DNA from: Escherichia coli
GTDB lineage: Bacteria > Pseudomonadota > Gammaproteobacteria > Enterobacterales > Enterobacteriaceae
DNA length: 707 nucleotides
Direction: 5' to 3' (one strand)
Assembly (NCBI RefSeq): GCF_003334335.1
Contig: NZ_QOWQ01000154.1
Shown: positions 1 through 707 of the stretch, in pieces
Position numbering within the stretch: position 1 is the first letter of the stretch
How the letters are laid out: every line of letters starts with the position of its first letter
The notes under the pieces: generated by a model
Database searches by the model: none
What the model saw: the letters and a program-made list of their open reading frames with translations, nothing else
What the model was told of the DNA's origin: nothing
Position numbers and translations under genes: made by a program

Positions 1-707
1 CAGCAGATGACGGTGAACTACCATATCCGCGGTCGCATCATCCAGGTGCCGTCAAACTATGACCCGGAAAAACGCACGTACAGTGGTATCTGGGACGGCA
101 GTCTGAAACCGGCATACAGCAACAACCCGGCCTGGTGTCTGTGGGACATGCTGACTCACCCGCGCTACGGCATGGGAAAACGTCTGGGGGCGGCGGATGT
201 GGACAAGTGGGCGCTGTATGCCATCGGGCAGTACTGCGACCAGACGGTCCCGGATGGTTTCGGGGGCACAGAGCCGCGGATGACCTTTAATGCGTACCTG
301 GCACAACAGCGTAAGGCGTGGGACGTTCTCAGTGATTTCTGCTCGGCGATGCGCTGTATGCCGGTATGGAACGGCCAGACGCTGACGTTCGTTCAGGACC
401 GCACGTCGGATGTGGTGTGGCCGTACACCAACAGCGATGTGGTGGTGGATGATAACGGCGTGGGGTTCCGCTACAGCTTCAGTGCCCTGAAGGACCGGCA
501 CACGGCGGTGGAGGTGAATTACACCGACCCGCAGAACGGCTGGCAGACCTCCACGGAACTGGTGGAAGACCCGGAAGCCATACTGCGCTACGGACGCAAC
601 CTGCTGAAGATGGACGCGTTCGGCTGTACCAGCCGCGGTCAGGCCCACCGTGCCGGGCTGTGGGTGATAAAGACCGAACTGCTGGAAACGCAGACGGTGG
701 ATTTCAC
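1..707 (+). CDS. J: Internal fragment (5' and 3' partial) of a lambdoid phage tail tip attachment / host specificity protein J; central region of a roughly 1100-aa protein, not the C-terminal receptor-binding end
   Basis: Seen in sequence: frame 1 is open across the full window (235 codons, no TAA/TAG/TGA) and continues past both edges. The translation contains conserved blocks I recognise from lambda gpJ-family proteins: 'YSGIWDG..KPAYSNN.AWCLWDMLTHPRYGMGKRLGAADVDKWALY.IGQYCDQ.VPDGFGGTEPR', 'QRKAWDVLSDFCSAMRCMPVWNGQTLTFVQDR', 'FRYSFSALKDRH.AVEVN' and 'KMDAFGCTSRGQAHRAGLW.IKTELLETQTVDF'. Composition is GC-rich (about 53-57% in the two 60-base lines I counted). Established knowledge: lambda J encodes the central tail fibre / tip attachment protein. 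The family assignment is from memory, not a database search. Confidence 0.9.
85..177 (+). other. Conserved motif block 'GIWDGSLKPAYSNNPAWCLWDMLTHPRYGMG' within the J CDS; consistent with the conserved phage tail protein domain (Pfam Phage-tail_3-like) found in gpJ-type proteins
   Basis: Seen in sequence: codons 29-59 of frame 1 encode this Trp/aromatic-rich block. Established knowledge / recollection: a near-identical block occurs in lambda gpJ and its homologues. The domain-family name is recalled, not computed, and the boundaries are approximate. Confidence 0.55.

Noticed and set aside
7-9. In-frame ATG near the window start as a possible translation start
   Set aside because: The reading frame is open upstream to position 1, there is no Shine-Dalgarno-like purine-rich stretch immediately before it, and the flanking residues are part of the conserved gpJ sequence, so this is an internal Met codon.
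406-447. Short near-duplicate 'tcggatgtggtgtgg' (406-420) and 'agcgatgtggtggtg' (433-447), encoding SDVVW and SDVVV
   Set aside because: It is too short and imperfect to be a meaningful repeat, CRISPR-like element or slippage tract, and it sits within the coding frame, so it is most simply a coincidental local codon repetition.
558-565. ACTGGTGG, a one-mismatch resemblance to the Chi recombination hotspot (GCTGGTGG)
   Set aside because: It is not the canonical octamer, and the first base matters. A single near-match in 707 bp of GC-rich sequence is expected by chance.
52-648. 198-aa ORF on the minus strand from the six-frame track (MGLTAAGTAERVHLQQVASVAQYGFRVFHQFRGGLPAVLRVGVIHLHRRVPVLQG...)
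   Set aside because: It lies entirely antisense to a strongly supported, conserved + strand CDS. Its translation is Arg/His/Val/Ala-rich and low in complexity, as expected for a shadow ORF in GC-rich coding DNA, and I recognise no protein family in it. Long antisense ORFs arise readily opposite GC-rich genes, so I treat it as an artefact. Ribosome profiling or conservation analysis (synonymous-site constraint in the J frame) would be needed to argue otherwise.
1-707. Possibility that the window hides a novel defence or accessory system
   Set aside because: The entire window is accounted for by one continuous, recognisable structural phage gene with no intergenic space, no embedded ORF with independent support, and no repeats or RNA-like structure. 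I find no evidence supporting a novel system within these 707 bp.

Overview
The whole 707-bp window is an internal fragment of a single + strand coding region in frame 1 (codons start at position 1), with no stop codon over 235 codons and open at both ends. Its translation (QQMTVNYHIRGRIIQVPSNYDPEKRTYSGIWDGSLKPAYSNNPAWCLWDMLTHPRYGMGKRLGAADVDKWALYAIGQYCDQTVPDGFGGTEPRMTFNAYLAQQRKAWDVLSDFCSAMRCMPVWNGQTLTFVQDR...AFGCTSRGQAHRAGLWVIKTELLETQTVDF) is recognisable as the central part of a lambdoid phage tail tip / host specificity protein J (lambda gpJ family). The window therefore most likely lies inside the tail-morphogenesis module of a lambda-like phage or prophage of an enterobacterial host. No intergenic DNA, RNA gene, CRISPR array, mobile-element end or regulatory site is visible. 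The 198-aa minus-strand ORF in the supplied track is best explained as an antisense shadow ORF. I do not see evidence of a novel or undescribed system here; this is an ordinary, well-known phage structural gene, and the findings are accordingly low in interest.
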